NCBI RefSeq assembly: GCF_006345805.1
Contig: NC_043001.1
Coordinates: forward strand, 43,710,001 to 43,774,000
Reading direction: 5' to 3'
Length of the DNA stretch: 64,000 nt
Source: Octopus sinensis
Taxonomy: Eukaryota
The position numbers were made by a program, and so were the translations under genes. Shown here piece by piece: positions 48,401 to 62,640 of the stretch (the stretch's first letter is position 1; each line of letters begins with the position of its first letter). Under the pieces are notes generated by a model that worked only from the letters and a program-made list of their open reading frames with translations, was not told where the DNA came from and made no database searches.

Positions 48401-49371
48401 GTATAAATGGTCACATGAATAAGAGTGTGTTATTAACCTAAGTATAGAAATTAAGATTTCTAGTTTGATATCATGTACACACTGAAATACTTGATAACAA
48501 TCAGAGATGAAACTGATCGAAACTTAGTATGGATGTAAATATTAAAAAAAAATTAATGTCTAAAGATGAGGTTAATAGTCAAAGAATCAAAATCAAATAT
48601 CCAACTTAAGGATATTTAATTTACTCATAATTTGTAATCCAAATTATTACTCAAAGTGGATTCAGTTCACAACACTCAAAGGTCTTCCTTATCAGTTACT
48701 GCAAGAATATCATCTAATGTTACTGGCTATTTTATTTATAAAGCAAGTTGGAGAAAAGCCAAAACATTATTAGATTGCTAGATTAAATGAATTAATTAAT
48801 AATTTTAGATCATGCTAGGATTAGCTTTGATTTTCAGTTCTGGAATTGAACAACTGTTAATTTAATATGCTACAACTTCTACAATGCTATTTAATCTGTT
48901 GTTTTATTCTCCAGCAAAAATTGATCTTTTGGCTTAGAAACAAGCCAAGCCATCCAGGAGAGCCAATGAAGGACACTTTGTGGTGTCTCAACCCATTTGG
49001 AAACCCATCCATATCAGACAGATCTGATTTAACTACTGCACTTCATGTAATTTTTAAGAAAATAAAGAACTAAATCTGCATTATTGTTTCACCATTAATA
49101 AGTTCTGAAACAGCAAAAAAATAGGGTGACAAAATCTTTACAGTGATATAAACTAATTCTTGTCACAAAAGGAAAGGAAATGAAAAACAATATTGTAGTC
49201 CAGTAGAATGAAAATAATTAAAATGATAATTAGCCTAAGTACAGAGTTGCTTAATAGAGAAGCAAGAGTGACAACAAACATGTCTTTACTGAGTGACAAT
49301 GTTCAATAGGTATATTATAAATGAAATAGAATGACTGTATAACACATTGGACTAAATGGTAGATAAACAAA

Positions 49372-50450
49372 TTATTACACTGTGTGCATAAGCAAAAGCA
49401 GGGTATTGTAATTGTTTTTGTGTTTGCAAAATTACTGGAAAATGGCTGAATGGATTTTTACATTTGGCAGAAATACTCATTGGGTGAGTGGCTTCAAATG
49501 ATGAACATTTGGTTTGATTATCTTTTAAAAAAAAATCAAACTTGAAACAATCATGGTGTGCCTATGCATGTAGACACGTGTGTGTACAAACATACGTACA
49601 TACATAGATATGCGACTCTGTGCGTGCATAGTGATGGATTTGAAGGTTTCATTTATTTATGACTTGATTTCTTTATTTCACTGGAGTATAAATACCTATA
49701 ATGGGGATATTTTACAACTTGATTTCTTGTGCCTCACAGAGGCAATGACCATGACCTTTGGCATTATGTCATGCTTGAGAAGAAGGCCCATCAAGCTGAG
49801 CAAAATCAGTCATAGCAGATACCGGTGCCACACAAATGGCACACATGCTGGTGGCACATAACAGAACCCATTACACTCTAGGAGTGGTTGGCATTAGGAA
49901 GAGCATCTAACCATAGAAAACCATGCCAAATCAGACTGGATCCTGGTGCAGCCTTCCAGCATGCCAGCTCAGTCAAACCATCCAACCCATGCCAGCATGG
50001 ACAACGGATGTTAAACGATGATGATGATGATGATGATGACTAAAGTACAAATACCTATAATGGTGATATTTAAAGAAAATTTTAAAAAGTGAACTTTCAA
50101 ATTTCTCTATAAGTGGTCATATTTTGTTCATTTTCTTTTCATATGAATTGATCCTCGTCTATGTCAGTATAGATCATGGTGTACCTATGTGCATAGACAC
50201 ATGTGTACATACATACATAGATTTGTATGTGTGTGTACACTGATAGATTCGAGTATTTTGGTTATTTACGAGTTGAATTTTTAATTTTACTGGAGTATAA
50301 ATACCTATAATGGTGAGACTTAAAACAAAAATTTTTAATTAATTTAGTTCGATTAAAAAGCATGTGTAAACAATGCATTGTAAGTCACACTATCATTTGC
50401 GAAAAAATTCATCTGTACACAGGGCATGCATCGTTCCTCTGATGCTTTTT
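49372..50450 (+). mobile_element. Helentron-type non-autonomous element (HINE/DINE-like) with a nested insertion
   Basis: Subterminal IR TTACACTGTGTGCA / TGTACACAGGGCAT; terminal hairpin GCATC-N8-GATGC then a T-run; internal direct repeats. Confidence 0.55.
49730..50040 (+). mobile_element. (GAT)n-tailed non-autonomous retroelement, representative copy
   Basis: Ends CCAACCCATGCCAGCATGGA...CGTTAAACGATGATGATG. Relatives at about 14.3k, 15.6k, 17.9k, 18.8k, 22.1k, 22.8k, 31.2k, 50.7k, 52.7-53.1k, 57.2k and 63.5k. Confidence 0.78.
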
Positions 50451-53337
50451 TTTAATCATTAATTTTAATACTGAATCATGGTTTTAAACCTGAGAGTAAG
50501 GCTTAAATATGCAAATTCTTTTCTTAACTCTTTTAATAGCAACTTGCCTGAAATTGTTTCTGACATCTTGCTCACAAAACCACCTGTTCTAAAGTGTTTA
50601 TATTTAAATTAAAACTTTCAGTCATAAGAACCTTTTGGGGTAAATTACATTTACCCAGCACTAGTTTCATCATCATCATCATCATCATCATTTAACATCT
50701 GTTTTCCATTGTGGCATGGGTTGGATGGCTTGATCAGAGCTGGCAAGCTGGAGAGTTGGATCTGGTTCCAGTCTGATTTGGCTTGGTTTCTACAGCCCTT
50801 CCTAACACCAACCACTTCACAGAGTGTGTTTAATGCTCTTTATGTGGCACTGGCATAGATGCTTTTTACATGGTATCAGCATAGGTGCTTTTTACATGGC
50901 CCAGCTTGAATGCAACAAAAAAATTTAAATGTTTGGTATTTTGATTCAAAATTAATCGAACCATTTTTTTTTTTAACTATTAAATTTTAATACAGCCATA
51001 AAAGAATTAGATCTATTTCAAACGATGTTTTGTACTTATGTTCAAATAATCATTTTAGTGTCTTCTCTTGACATATATCTATATAATAAGATAAATGTAA
51101 GAATAAATGAAAACAAACAGATGACAGGAGTAAAGAAAATAAAATTTTTTCTTCAAGAATATTAGAATTTTATTACTAATCAGTTAATAGATTTTCTATG
51201 TTTTCATGTGAAAGCTACTGTTTGTTTTGTTATTGTTATTCTTTATTCCTTTTACAAGGTGACAATATAATGAAGAGCAAAAATAGATTGCATCACGAAT
51301 AAATAATAACTTTGAAAACACTAGCATTGTAGACTAACAGTTTCTCATAAAAACACCAGGATATACATTTATTCTCTTTCACACTTTATTTTAAACACAT
51401 TTTCTCTCTCTCTCTCTCAATAGCAAGCTTAGCTGATAACTCATTAGTATTAAAAGCAGCAAAGCTTTTATGAATTCGATTGGGGATGCTATTGATTAAT
51501 GGATAATAGACTTCCTATTGTATCTGTGTAGCTAGAAGATAAGGTAACCAAGGACGATCATAACAAAGACGTTCCAAGTGTTAAGAAATCAATACAAGTA
51601 TTCAAGTCATAGAAATAAGGACTGTGTCCAAATGGCCCTGAGAAAAATTTATCTTAATCTGAAACTGATTTTTAAATTAGTGTCAATAATAGGAAAGCAG
51701 TAATGACTGTTTTGTTCAACAAGAGCATAATCTCTTTTTCATTCTCTTATAGAGAATGGCTGTGAAGCTGAGATCAACAATATAATTGTGACCTCATTTG
51801 TGGTATACTGGAGATTTGTTGTTGTTGTCCAACCTTGATCAAAGAGACCTTATGATCAAAGGCGTTTTAGTGGTGACCATTCCATATTTTTAGAGTATTA
51901 GGACTACATTACTAAATGTGTCCTTTTTTTATGTTGGTACAGTGGAATATGAGAGATATCTGACTGTTATTTCTAGAGGGTAAACAACCTCCTAGATGTT
52001 ACCTTATTGGCTCTATAATTGCAGTTATGAATTCATTTTTTAATGATGGTGGCAAAAGATTAACAATATTTGATTGTTTATTTCATCTTATCTAAATTAA
52101 CAATAATGAATGAGGCCATAATTTTTACGTAAAATCAGTAGAAGTTATACTAAATTGAAAGTGTTTGTCAAACTAAAAGAAAAAAAGGTGAGAAATCAGT
52201 GTATTAAAAGATCTATTAAATTGCAGGCTACGGTTTTACAAATTATTAATGAATATGGAGAAGGACATATCACTAAGAAAGGTTTGTATTTTAAAGTTTG
52301 ATAGTCTTAAAAATATATGTTGTCATGGGTCAGTCATTATAGAATTAATACCTCTTTTTAAAATAACCATGCTGCTGACTACCTGTGTTGTAAAGAAATG
52401 TTTTAATGCAGATAATGATGATGATGAGGTAGTGATAAGTTACACATTGCAATCAAAGTTATCCAGTATTTGAGTCAATTGAGTTGTCATCATGTGTATG
52501 TGACAGACTTATTTCAGTTTCTATCAACCTAACTCATTCACAATGCTTTGGCTGATCTGAAGCTATCGCAAAAGACACCCAAGATACAACCCAGGAGGAT
52601 TTAAATCATATGGTTGGGAAGCAAACTTCTTACCACATAGCCATGCCTGTGCTCACTGCAATTGTTTATGATTGTTTGAATTTGTTCTGAGTGGGGCAAA
52701 GTGGTAAGAAAGGATCTATAAATGTTGGGACTCACAGAGAGGATGACAGGAGACTGAGATTCCTGGCAGTTTGCTGTGATTGAAAAGACATGCCAAGCTA
52801 AGTAAAAGTGTGGTTGCCTTTGAATACAGGCTTGTCCCTTGCAACCCGCTGCAGCTGAGCATCTTGCAGGCTCATAAATGCTGGTGCCACGTAAAAAGCA
52901 CCCATGCCAGTGCTGCATAAAAGCATCCAGTACAGTCTGTAAAGTAGTTGATGTTAGGAAAGGCATCCAGCTGTAGAAACCATGCCAAAACAGACATGGA
53001 ACCTGAACAGCCCGTCAGCTGGTCAGCTTCTGTCAAACCATCTAATCTATGCCAACATGGAAAATGGACGTTAAATGATGATGATGATAATGTGTATAAA
53101 GTTGGTAGAAGTATAATTTAATAAAAAAAGATTAATTCGACAAATTCTCATATGCTGATAAAATGAACAGTAAAATACTATCTGAGAAAGAAAAAAGTTG
53201 GGAGACATGGAAGAGAAGTAAAGCAAGGTCTTAGGATAACATTTTAGAGAATTTCAATACACACCAGTGAGTAGGTTATTTAGATATCGAAAATTACTGC
53301 TTATGATTAACAAAGGCACATCTGCTAGGGCCAGGTT

Positions 53338-53390
<53 letters not shown>

Positions 53391-55194
53391 GATTCGCTCA
53401 CAAAACTGTAATACATTTAACTGAAGAAGAGTTAAGTGTCTTGTCCAAGCAGCTGGTGCAATGATGATCTGAAAGACTGACACCATCTACTCAGTTAATG
53501 CTTCTACTCTAAAGCTTATTTGGTGAATTATAGATTTATCATGTATTATTAACTCTAGGAAGCCAGCTAGCCATTTGGATCAATAAAGCAAAAAGGCTAG
53601 ACTGGTATTATCTTCATCAGTCAAATTAGATGTAATTGCAGAATATTTAATGTGGCCTTCAACATAGATTGACAGTATTAACAAAGGATTGTCAGCTTTC
53701 AAGAGAGTAAAAGAAATAATGTATTAATATTTAATTGGCCATAAACCATCCATTATTGACTTTAAAATCACATTCTAAATCTATCTCAGAAATGCTGTTG
53801 CTTGGAATAAACACGGAACAAGCCATAAACTGGTATGATTTCCTATTATCATCTCTTGGTTGGCATGAAGCTAATCGGTTTTAAAGGTGATAAGGTAAAT
53901 GGCAGTTGTAACCTACATGCTTATTAATATTGTTCTCTTGAGAAACAAATGGAAATTTTGAAACTTTAAAGCTACAGATTTGGTACCCCAAAAAAGTAAT
54001 TTTACTCTGTTCTATGACCTGCTAAAAATAGTAACCAAATCTCTCTCTCTCAAATCATGCCTTACTGTCTTATAAAAAAAGACACATTAGATAATGTATT
54101 CTTAGATATGCTAAGACTGAAAAATGGATAGTCATCACTGAAATGCTTTTAATCATTGGTCTGCTGGAACCAGACTAACCAGTGGCTAAATAATAACGAA
54201 ATATTATAAAAAATTAAACAAGTTTTAAAAACCAAGGCTACATCAGTATTTGATTAAAATAATAAAATAGATAAAGTATTTAAAGTTGCACGTGTAAATA
54301 TTGAATGTGATTTGAAGAAAATAGCTACTATTAAAATAAGGGAAACTTTTCACTATCAAAATAAAAAGAATAAATAGACCCTTCTGTGCGTATGTCTTTA
54401 AACTCATTTGCTTACAAATATACATCTAAAGTTGTCTTACTCGTTTCATTGAACCAACTCTAGAGCAACCTAGCTATAAATGAAATGTCATTAAACCTTA
54501 CAATTGACAGATAAAAAAAAAATGTATGCATTTGATTGAGACATCAGAAATGTTGAATTTATAATCAGAACTAAAAATCTAGTTGAGATTTGTGGAATTT
54601 TGACAACTGGCAATGCAAATTCATTCGTACTCAATCATTGCTATTGAAACAATGTTAGATTTAGCTGGCACTAGAATAGTGAAAAAATGAGAGTGTGGTG
54701 CAAGTAAATCATACATCTTGCTAAAAAGAATAAGCAAAAGCAGGAACTTTTACAGCACCCACTGTTCAGATATGCAGATTTCTCCTGTATGCAGAGCTTC
54801 TGGAATCTTTTGATGACCCAATCAGAAGTAAGCAACAGTTTGTTTGCTTTTTATACTAGAAGCCATTTACTAGGAAGTAGTTTAACTCTTTAGCAGTCAG
54901 ATTATTCTGTCAAATGTAATGCTTTTTCGTTCACATTGTTTTTAATTAATCACACATAATCTCATATCTTTGAAATTTTGATGTAATCTGCTGGCCAGAA
55001 CATCAAACACATAGTATATTTGGGCTGGATGTGATTAGTTTAAAATAAATGAAAAGCTCAATGAATTTGAGTATGGATTTATTTTATTCTGTAGTAATAT
55101 AGAATTTTTAAAAATTATTTTACTAACATTTTTTAATATCAGCTCTATAATGATGGTGGAAAAAAAGATAGATGAAAATAACATTGAATAGAAA

Positions 55195-55982
55195 TTCAGT
55201 CAGGTGAGGGGGGGGGGCATGTACTGTTGCAGTACATTGCTGCATTCATCATCTCAGTATATTCTTGGGTTCTCCTGGGTGACCTGTTGAGTAGAATCTC
55301 AGTCAGTCCCCATCTCTGCAAGATATGTCCTCATCTGCCAAGACCATATGGCATGTGGTCAACTAACATGAGCCATCAACCCAGCCGGATCCTTAGTGAA
55401 GAGAACATGGTAAGCAGGGTCTAACTCATGAAATTCAGCAACATGGCCTGACAGTCTGAGTTCTCTTTTCACTGAGTGAGGAACTGGAATCCCTTGGCTT
55501 TAGAGTCTCTTGGGTCAAGACAAAGATCCAGTCCTTTGTTGGCTTCTTGAAGGACTCTACCTTGTTTGTCTCCATTGTGGATGAGAATGCCAAAGTTGTT
55601 GACAGCCTCACTTATCTTGGCAGTGAAATCCATAGTGGTATTATCTGTGAGTCTGAAGTCCTAAAAAGATTTGGACAAGCTGGTGAGCTAGTGCAGTTGT
55701 AGACATATTCGACAAAGGGTATTTGGCACTGCCAATATTTCTGCAGAATTACAATGGTTTGGGCCTTAAGGTCTCTGGTTCTCCCTGCCCTACTCTGTAG
55801 TTATGAGGCTTGGACACTGCCCAGAGCCACTAGGAGCCATCTGAACTCCATTGGTACCAGGACACCTAGCAGTATTATGAGTTACCATTGGTTGGATTTA
55901 GCATACAACCAACAACACTAATCAGAAACTGGGATGTGTCTTGTTACTTGTATGATTCGGGAATGCCAGACTATCTGACCAA
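55195..55982. mobile_element. RTE-type LINE with an inverted 5' segment
   Basis: 55195-55460 on the minus strand: LRLSGHVAEFHELDPAYHVL...3' end. 55461-55982 on the plus strand: LSEELESLGFRVSWVKTKIQ...VDSLTYLGS...YEAWTL...CMIRECQ. Confidence 0.82.
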
Positions 55983-58044
55983 ATTTAGTCAGATCTATAA
56001 AAAAAAGAACAAACTTTAAAAAACAAGTTTCTATATGAGCATTTTATTGATGTCATTAGGTTTTCTCCTTATGAAGATAATGAGCAAAGTGTAATGAGTC
56101 ATATAATAAGTATAAAAAGCTAGCTGAACTAGAGCGTATATTCATTTGGGTGTTACAACAGTTTAACATCCTCATTATATCTCAAAGGAATCAATCCATA
56201 AGATGAAAATAGCTTGAAAAAAGACACAAAATTTATTGATGCCATCAAAAATGTTAATAGTAAACCAATTTCAAGCATTCAAGTAAAAGCTAAAAAGTCA
56301 ATTCAAGGTTCTATTTTCATTAAGCCCAGGTCAGCCCTAATTAAATAGACCCCTATAATCAAAGGCATTCTACCAGTGACCAAGCAATCTTTGTGTGTGT
56401 GTGTGTGTGTGTGTGTAATGTTCATACGTCGTCTTTGACAGGAGAGTCCATCACACACACACACATATATCTTATGGCTGCTATTTCTAGAAGGCTGAGT
56501 GTTTCCAGTGGTAAGTCATCTCAGAACCAAATATTTTTTTATTAAATCTTTTTTTTTTTTTTTTTTTACTTCGTAGTAACAGTATATATATATGAATGTA
56601 GAACAACTTGCAAAATTTCAAGTCTTAGAATATTACATGTTAGCTTCTCCTTATAAAGCAATACCAGAGAATCTATTTGAAGGTGCATAAGAATCTATGG
56701 AGAAGCATCTGTGCTGAGAAGAAATATGACTCTTTAATTTAACAAATTCATAGCTATGCAACTTATATAAATATGTGTATGCATGAGTGTGTCGGTTCAT
56801 TTTAAGGTTTAAACTATATTTTCCACCACAGCCCTCTGTATGGGTTTTTCAACACTTTGTGAACAGTTTCAAATATGAATGTGGGTGAAATTTTACCTTT
56901 GTCATGAGAATTTTAAAACGTGAAGGCATTTGTTAACAGATTTCACAGCACCACCAACCTACTTCATTTACCTTATAACATCTGTGACCTATTTTGCCTA
57001 TATTATTAATTCGATGATCTACTTTTACTCCAATGATCTTATTTTAATTTGGGTTACATCATATCTGGCAGTACATGAGAGATTTATTTTATCCTCCACT
57101 CCACCCTTGCACCTCAACATCCACAAGATCAAATGTATCTTGCATGCTGAGCCATGAAAAAAATATTTAGTTGCAGTTGAAAAATAATCTCTTCTCCCCA
57201 CATCATCGTCAGAAGACTGTACCAGACTTCTGTGTCTGTTTTGGCATGATTTTTATGGTTAGATACCCTTCCTAACACCAACCACTCTGCAGAGTAGACA
57301 GAGTGCTTTTTATGTGCCACCAGCACAGGTGAGGTCAGTTTGGGCATGGTATTTACAGCTGGATGCTCTTCCAAATGCCAACCACTTTACTGGATGCTTC
57401 TTACACAGCATAAGTACTGACATTGTCACCAAGTAACCTGCAAGGCAAAGATCCTTTGAGAGGGAAGGAGGTACTGGAGGCAGTGATCTTGTTCCACAAT
57501 CACCATAAATGTTTTACTCACTGACGTCTTATATATCATCCTTTATCTTTTCCTTGTTTCAGTCATTAGACTGTGGCCAAGCTAGGACACTGTCTTAAAG
57601 CGTTTAATTGAACAAAATGATCCCAGTACTTAATTTTTAAACTTGGTACCTATTCTACCAGTCTGTTTTGCAGAACCACTACCTTATGGGTGTGTAAACC
57701 AGCTGTCAAGTTGTCAACTGGTTGTGGTAATGGTGGCGGTGATGAGTAAACACACACACACAAAATGGCGTCCACATAGTATCTGTCTATCAAATCTACT
57801 CACAAAAAAGGATTGGTCAGCCAAGGGCTATAGTAGAAGACACTTGTCCAAAGCTGCTGTACAGTGAGACTGAACCCAAAAAGCATGTAGATGCTAGTGA
57901 ACCTCTTAACCAAATACCCATGACTATACTCATTATCATGAGGTGGCAGAAATGATCATCTGTGATGAAATATAGTATTTAATACCTGTATGTTCTGAGT
58001 TCAACTTTTTCAGGGGTTGATTTTGTCTTTCATTCACTAGCTTG

Positions 58045-58590
58045 ATTATGAGAGTAGGCTGGAAAGTTCATAGGCTGACAATGAAAGAGTGATGCTAGAG
58101 CTGTGGAATCTTGCATGCATTAATTTCAACTATTCTTATTTAATAACTGTATTGTTTCTTTCCAGGTAAACCGGCATCAGACTGTTCAAAAAAACACTTC
58201 AAAAGTAACTAGAAGCGACTTCTTTTAAAAATGGAAAATTTGGCACCATGGAAGAAGATTTTAGCTCCTCCAAGGACATTCATGCTGACATAGTTGCTAC
58301 GTAAGGAAATGATGCTCCAGCTTTATCAACAGTGCAAAAGTGAGCAACTGAATTTAGTAGGGGAAAGGAGAGTCTTGAAGATGACCCAAGGTTTTGATGT
58401 CCTGCAACTGCCACCACCAAGGAAAACATTGATCATTATCACCAGATGGTAATGGATGACAGGCGATTGACTATAGATAATATAGCCAACGCATATCCCA
58501 TGAGAAACTGGAAAATATGCTGCATATTCAACTTGGCTTCTGCTCAGTGGGTGCCACATCTGACACCTGATCAAAAGCACACCAGGCTGA
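58045..58590 (+). mobile_element. Mariner 5' half (TIR and HTH region)
   Basis: GAGAGTAGGCTGGAAAGTTCATAGGCTGAC left end; SLEDDPR...MVMDDRRLTI...WVPHLTPDQK. Confidence 0.82.
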
Positions 58591-59294
58591 TCCATCTATG
58601 CCTATCACTTTACCCAAATATCTTCCTTTACATGCACACACCACCCTACCTCCTCCACTTTCCTACCCCAACCCCATTTTAAATCAACAATACAAATTTC
58701 TACAAATTTTTGGCCATGTAAGAAATTGCCAGAAGAGCAGATTAGCAGAATTGGTGGAGCAACACACAAAATGCTCTTTACATCCCAAGTTCGAATTTTA
58801 CCATGGTCAACTTTGTTTTTCATCCTTTTGGAGGCAGAAGGTCAGTAAAATAATGTATTAGTTAATTACTTAAGTAAACTTAAACCCTTGCTACAAATTT
58901 GTGGCCTTGTGCCAATGTGAGAAATTATCATGGCATCTACCATTAAATAAGTACTTATTACTGAAGTCTGCTGACTCTCTCCTGTCTACCCATTAGATTT
59001 ACTTTGGCCTTATCTGATAACAGCTGAATATCTCTTTCTACTTTATGACGATGTTGCTCATTCACATGTTCAACAAGCTATTTTCAAGTTTACATGAGCA
59101 AGGCTACTTAACAACAACTACGCATGTGCAAATGTGCATAAATATGGATACAGGGTTTGTAAGGAAATGTGTGTGTGTGTGTGTGTTGTGCATGTGTGAC
59201 AAGGGTGCACAGATAAGTGTTTATAAGTGTAAGGTTTGTAAGCAGTGTGGAGTTGACATGAAGTGTGATAAGTGTGTGTTCGTGAGTATGTGTA

Positions 59295-59845
<551 letters not shown>

Positions 59846-60769
59846 GAAGTTGAGTAGATGTGTGTTAAAATTCGAGACATTTAAATTAATATTAATAACA
59901 GAATCTCCAAATGAATGGTTAAAAAACTAGATAAGATTTTTAATAAATACTAAACTGCTTGTTTTCTATAACTACTGCTGCACTGACAACCATTGTCTGT
60001 GGTTAATAACAAAGCACTTATTTACTATATATGCAGAAATACTAGCTGTAACAAAACCTAACAGAGTCCTCTCTGTTGTTCAAGGAATGGTTTATGAGTT
60101 AAAATAAATAGAATAATTGGTAAATAACTAGAAATTAACTAGGTGGCCATTTTTAGTAGTTAACCACTAACTAAATAGAGTGTATGTGTGTGAGAGAGAG
60201 ACACTTTATCCCATTGCTAAAATTGGCACTCATGTTATAGACAGAAAGATGATAGATGAAATTGAGCCCTGTGGAATTAGAACAGGAAATTGTGAGGCAC
60301 CATACTGATCTCACTCAGAACTGTTTTAGCAAAATTATAGGCCTCTGCACAAAGCTAGTACTAGGGCCACTACATACACAACCTACAAGTATGCCATAAT
60401 ATACATAGATTAGTATTGGGTCCCTAGTTCCATAGGGTAATTGGCTAACTACCTAGTGTACCCATGCCTTAAGACAGCACTGCTGTTACCTCCATACCAA
60501 GTTCCAATAAAGACAATCATCTATTTAGCAACTTAATTCCAGTACTATTGTAGAGAGATAATTCAGGTACTGGAATATGACGTCTGCGTTGAGTTCAAAT
60601 TATTCTATGATTGCTAGAATGCAGAAGCCAGATACAACTGTTTATCACTTAATAGAAAGAAAATATGCATATGATGTGAGGTTGAAACTTTGTGGTTGAA
60701 TGCAGATTAATAAAAGAGAAATAACTATTAGGAAAGTACACAAAAGATTGAAGCTAATTGTTTGCAAAT

Positions 60770-60770
60770 A

Positions 60771-60815
<45 letters not shown>

Positions 60816-60820
60816 ATATT

Positions 60821-60871
<51 letters not shown>

Positions 60872-60882
60872 TGGGGGGGGGG
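60770..60882. repeat. Compound (TA)n-(GATA)n-(GA)n-(G)n microsatellite
   Basis: Directly visible. Confidence 0.95.
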
Positions 60883-61649
60883 AGAAAGGGAAGCAAGCCA
60901 ATTCTGAATTAGTTTTGATTTCTAGTTAGAGTGTTTTTCATCAGTGTTGATGTTCTTGTAAGCCAACAAGGAAAACCTGCTAGAAACAGCAGTCAAAAAT
61001 CCCTTCCCATCATAAAAATGAGAGACACATTGGTTGATGCAGTCCTACATAAATAATATTCCAAATATAAGATGGGATGATCATGGTTTTGATTATTGAT
61101 CTACTCAATTAGGACAGATCTAGGATTAGATAACAGCAACCAATATCCTTGAGAAAAGTATGAACAACATTACAATACCTACTTTCACCTTCCTTGAACC
61201 CTTCATAACTAACCTCTTACTCATATGGTTATCACAAATAGTCAGAAAAGACAAACATCCCACTATAAAATAAACAGTTTTCAACACTGAATTCTTTATA
61301 ACTTATTCAACAACTAAAATATATCTATTTTATTTGTTTATTTAAAAACTACTAGATAACAGTTTAAAGAGTGAGAGATCGCTTAATCTTTAATCAGCAC
61401 TGATCATAGAAACTCATGATCATAGGCATTCCAGTCATGACTATTCCACTTTTTATTTTAGATATATATTTAGGACAACACTATCCAATATGTTATTTCC
61501 CAATTTTAAGATGGTAAGAAGGTCTGATTTGAGGAAGATTTGACTGCTATTCCTAGTTGGTTGAAGGATCTATATCTGCAGCTTGGGAGGGCATACTGAC
61601 TTAAGCTTATGAATATATTAATTTGGAGCAATTCAAATGGTAATTTTAA

Positions 61650-61858
61650 CCCTTTAGCATTCAGATTACTTTGCTGAACGTAATGCATATTTATTTGCAT
61701 TGTTTTGAATTAATCATGCATTATCTATCTCATGGCTTTGAGATCTTAATGATGGGATTGTTTACTTTCAGAATGATACTATAGGGTAAGTGTGAGACGC
61801 TGAATCTTGTCAGTTTTAACATTTTGGCCTGATATGGTCAGTTTAGATGCTAAATGGG
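61650..61858. mobile_element. piggyBac-like MITE
   Basis: TTAA|CCCTTTAGCAT ... ATGCTAAATGGG|TTAA; degenerate relative at 54886-55070. Confidence 0.75.
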
Positions 61859-61994
61859 TTAATCATAAAGCAAAGTTTATTTTTTTAAAAATTGCACTTT
61901 TTAGATGAGCAGAAAAGGAAATAGTAAAGTTTTTGTCTTTCCCAGAGAGTTTCAACTGATAATTTAAACCAGGCTATGAACTCTTCATAAAAAT

Positions 61995-62640
61995 AATTCT
62001 TTCTAGTTTTGACACAAGGCCAGCAACTTTTGAGGGGAGAGGGAAGTCAATTACATCAGCCCTAGTACTTGACTGGTACTTTATTTCATCGACCTTGAAA
62101 GGATGGAAGGTGAAGTAGACATTGGTGGGAATTGAACTCAGAGAGTAAAGAGTGGAAAGAACTGCTGCTAAGCATTTTGTCTGATGCGCTAATGAATCTG
62201 CTAGCTCATCACCTTAGTATTAATAATTCTTCTCTACTATAGGCACAAGGCCTGAAGTCTTCTGGGAAGAGGGCCAGTTGATTACAACAACCCCATTACT
62301 TATTTTATCGATCCCGAAAGGATGAAAGGCAAAGTCGACCTCAGTGGTATTTGAACTTGGAACATAAAGCCTAAAAAATACTGCTAAGTGTTTTGTCCAA
62401 CATATTTAACAATTCTGCCAGCTCACTAGACTTCAAATTTTGGCACAAGGCAAGCAACTTTGGGGAAGGGCATAAAACAATTACAATGACCCCAGTGCTC
62501 AACTGGTACTTATTTTATTGACCTTGAAAGGATAAGTAATGTCAACCTCAGCAGAATTTGAACTCAGAACATAAAAACAGATAAAATACTGCTCAGCATT
62601 TTGCCCTGTGTGAAAACAATTCTACCAGCTTGCTGTCTTT
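61995..62640 (-). mobile_element. Three head-to-tail SINE copies
   Basis: Three ~210-bp units, each with CACAAGG...GACC..GAAAGGAT...GAACT...GCCAGCT on the plus strand. Confidence 0.85.
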
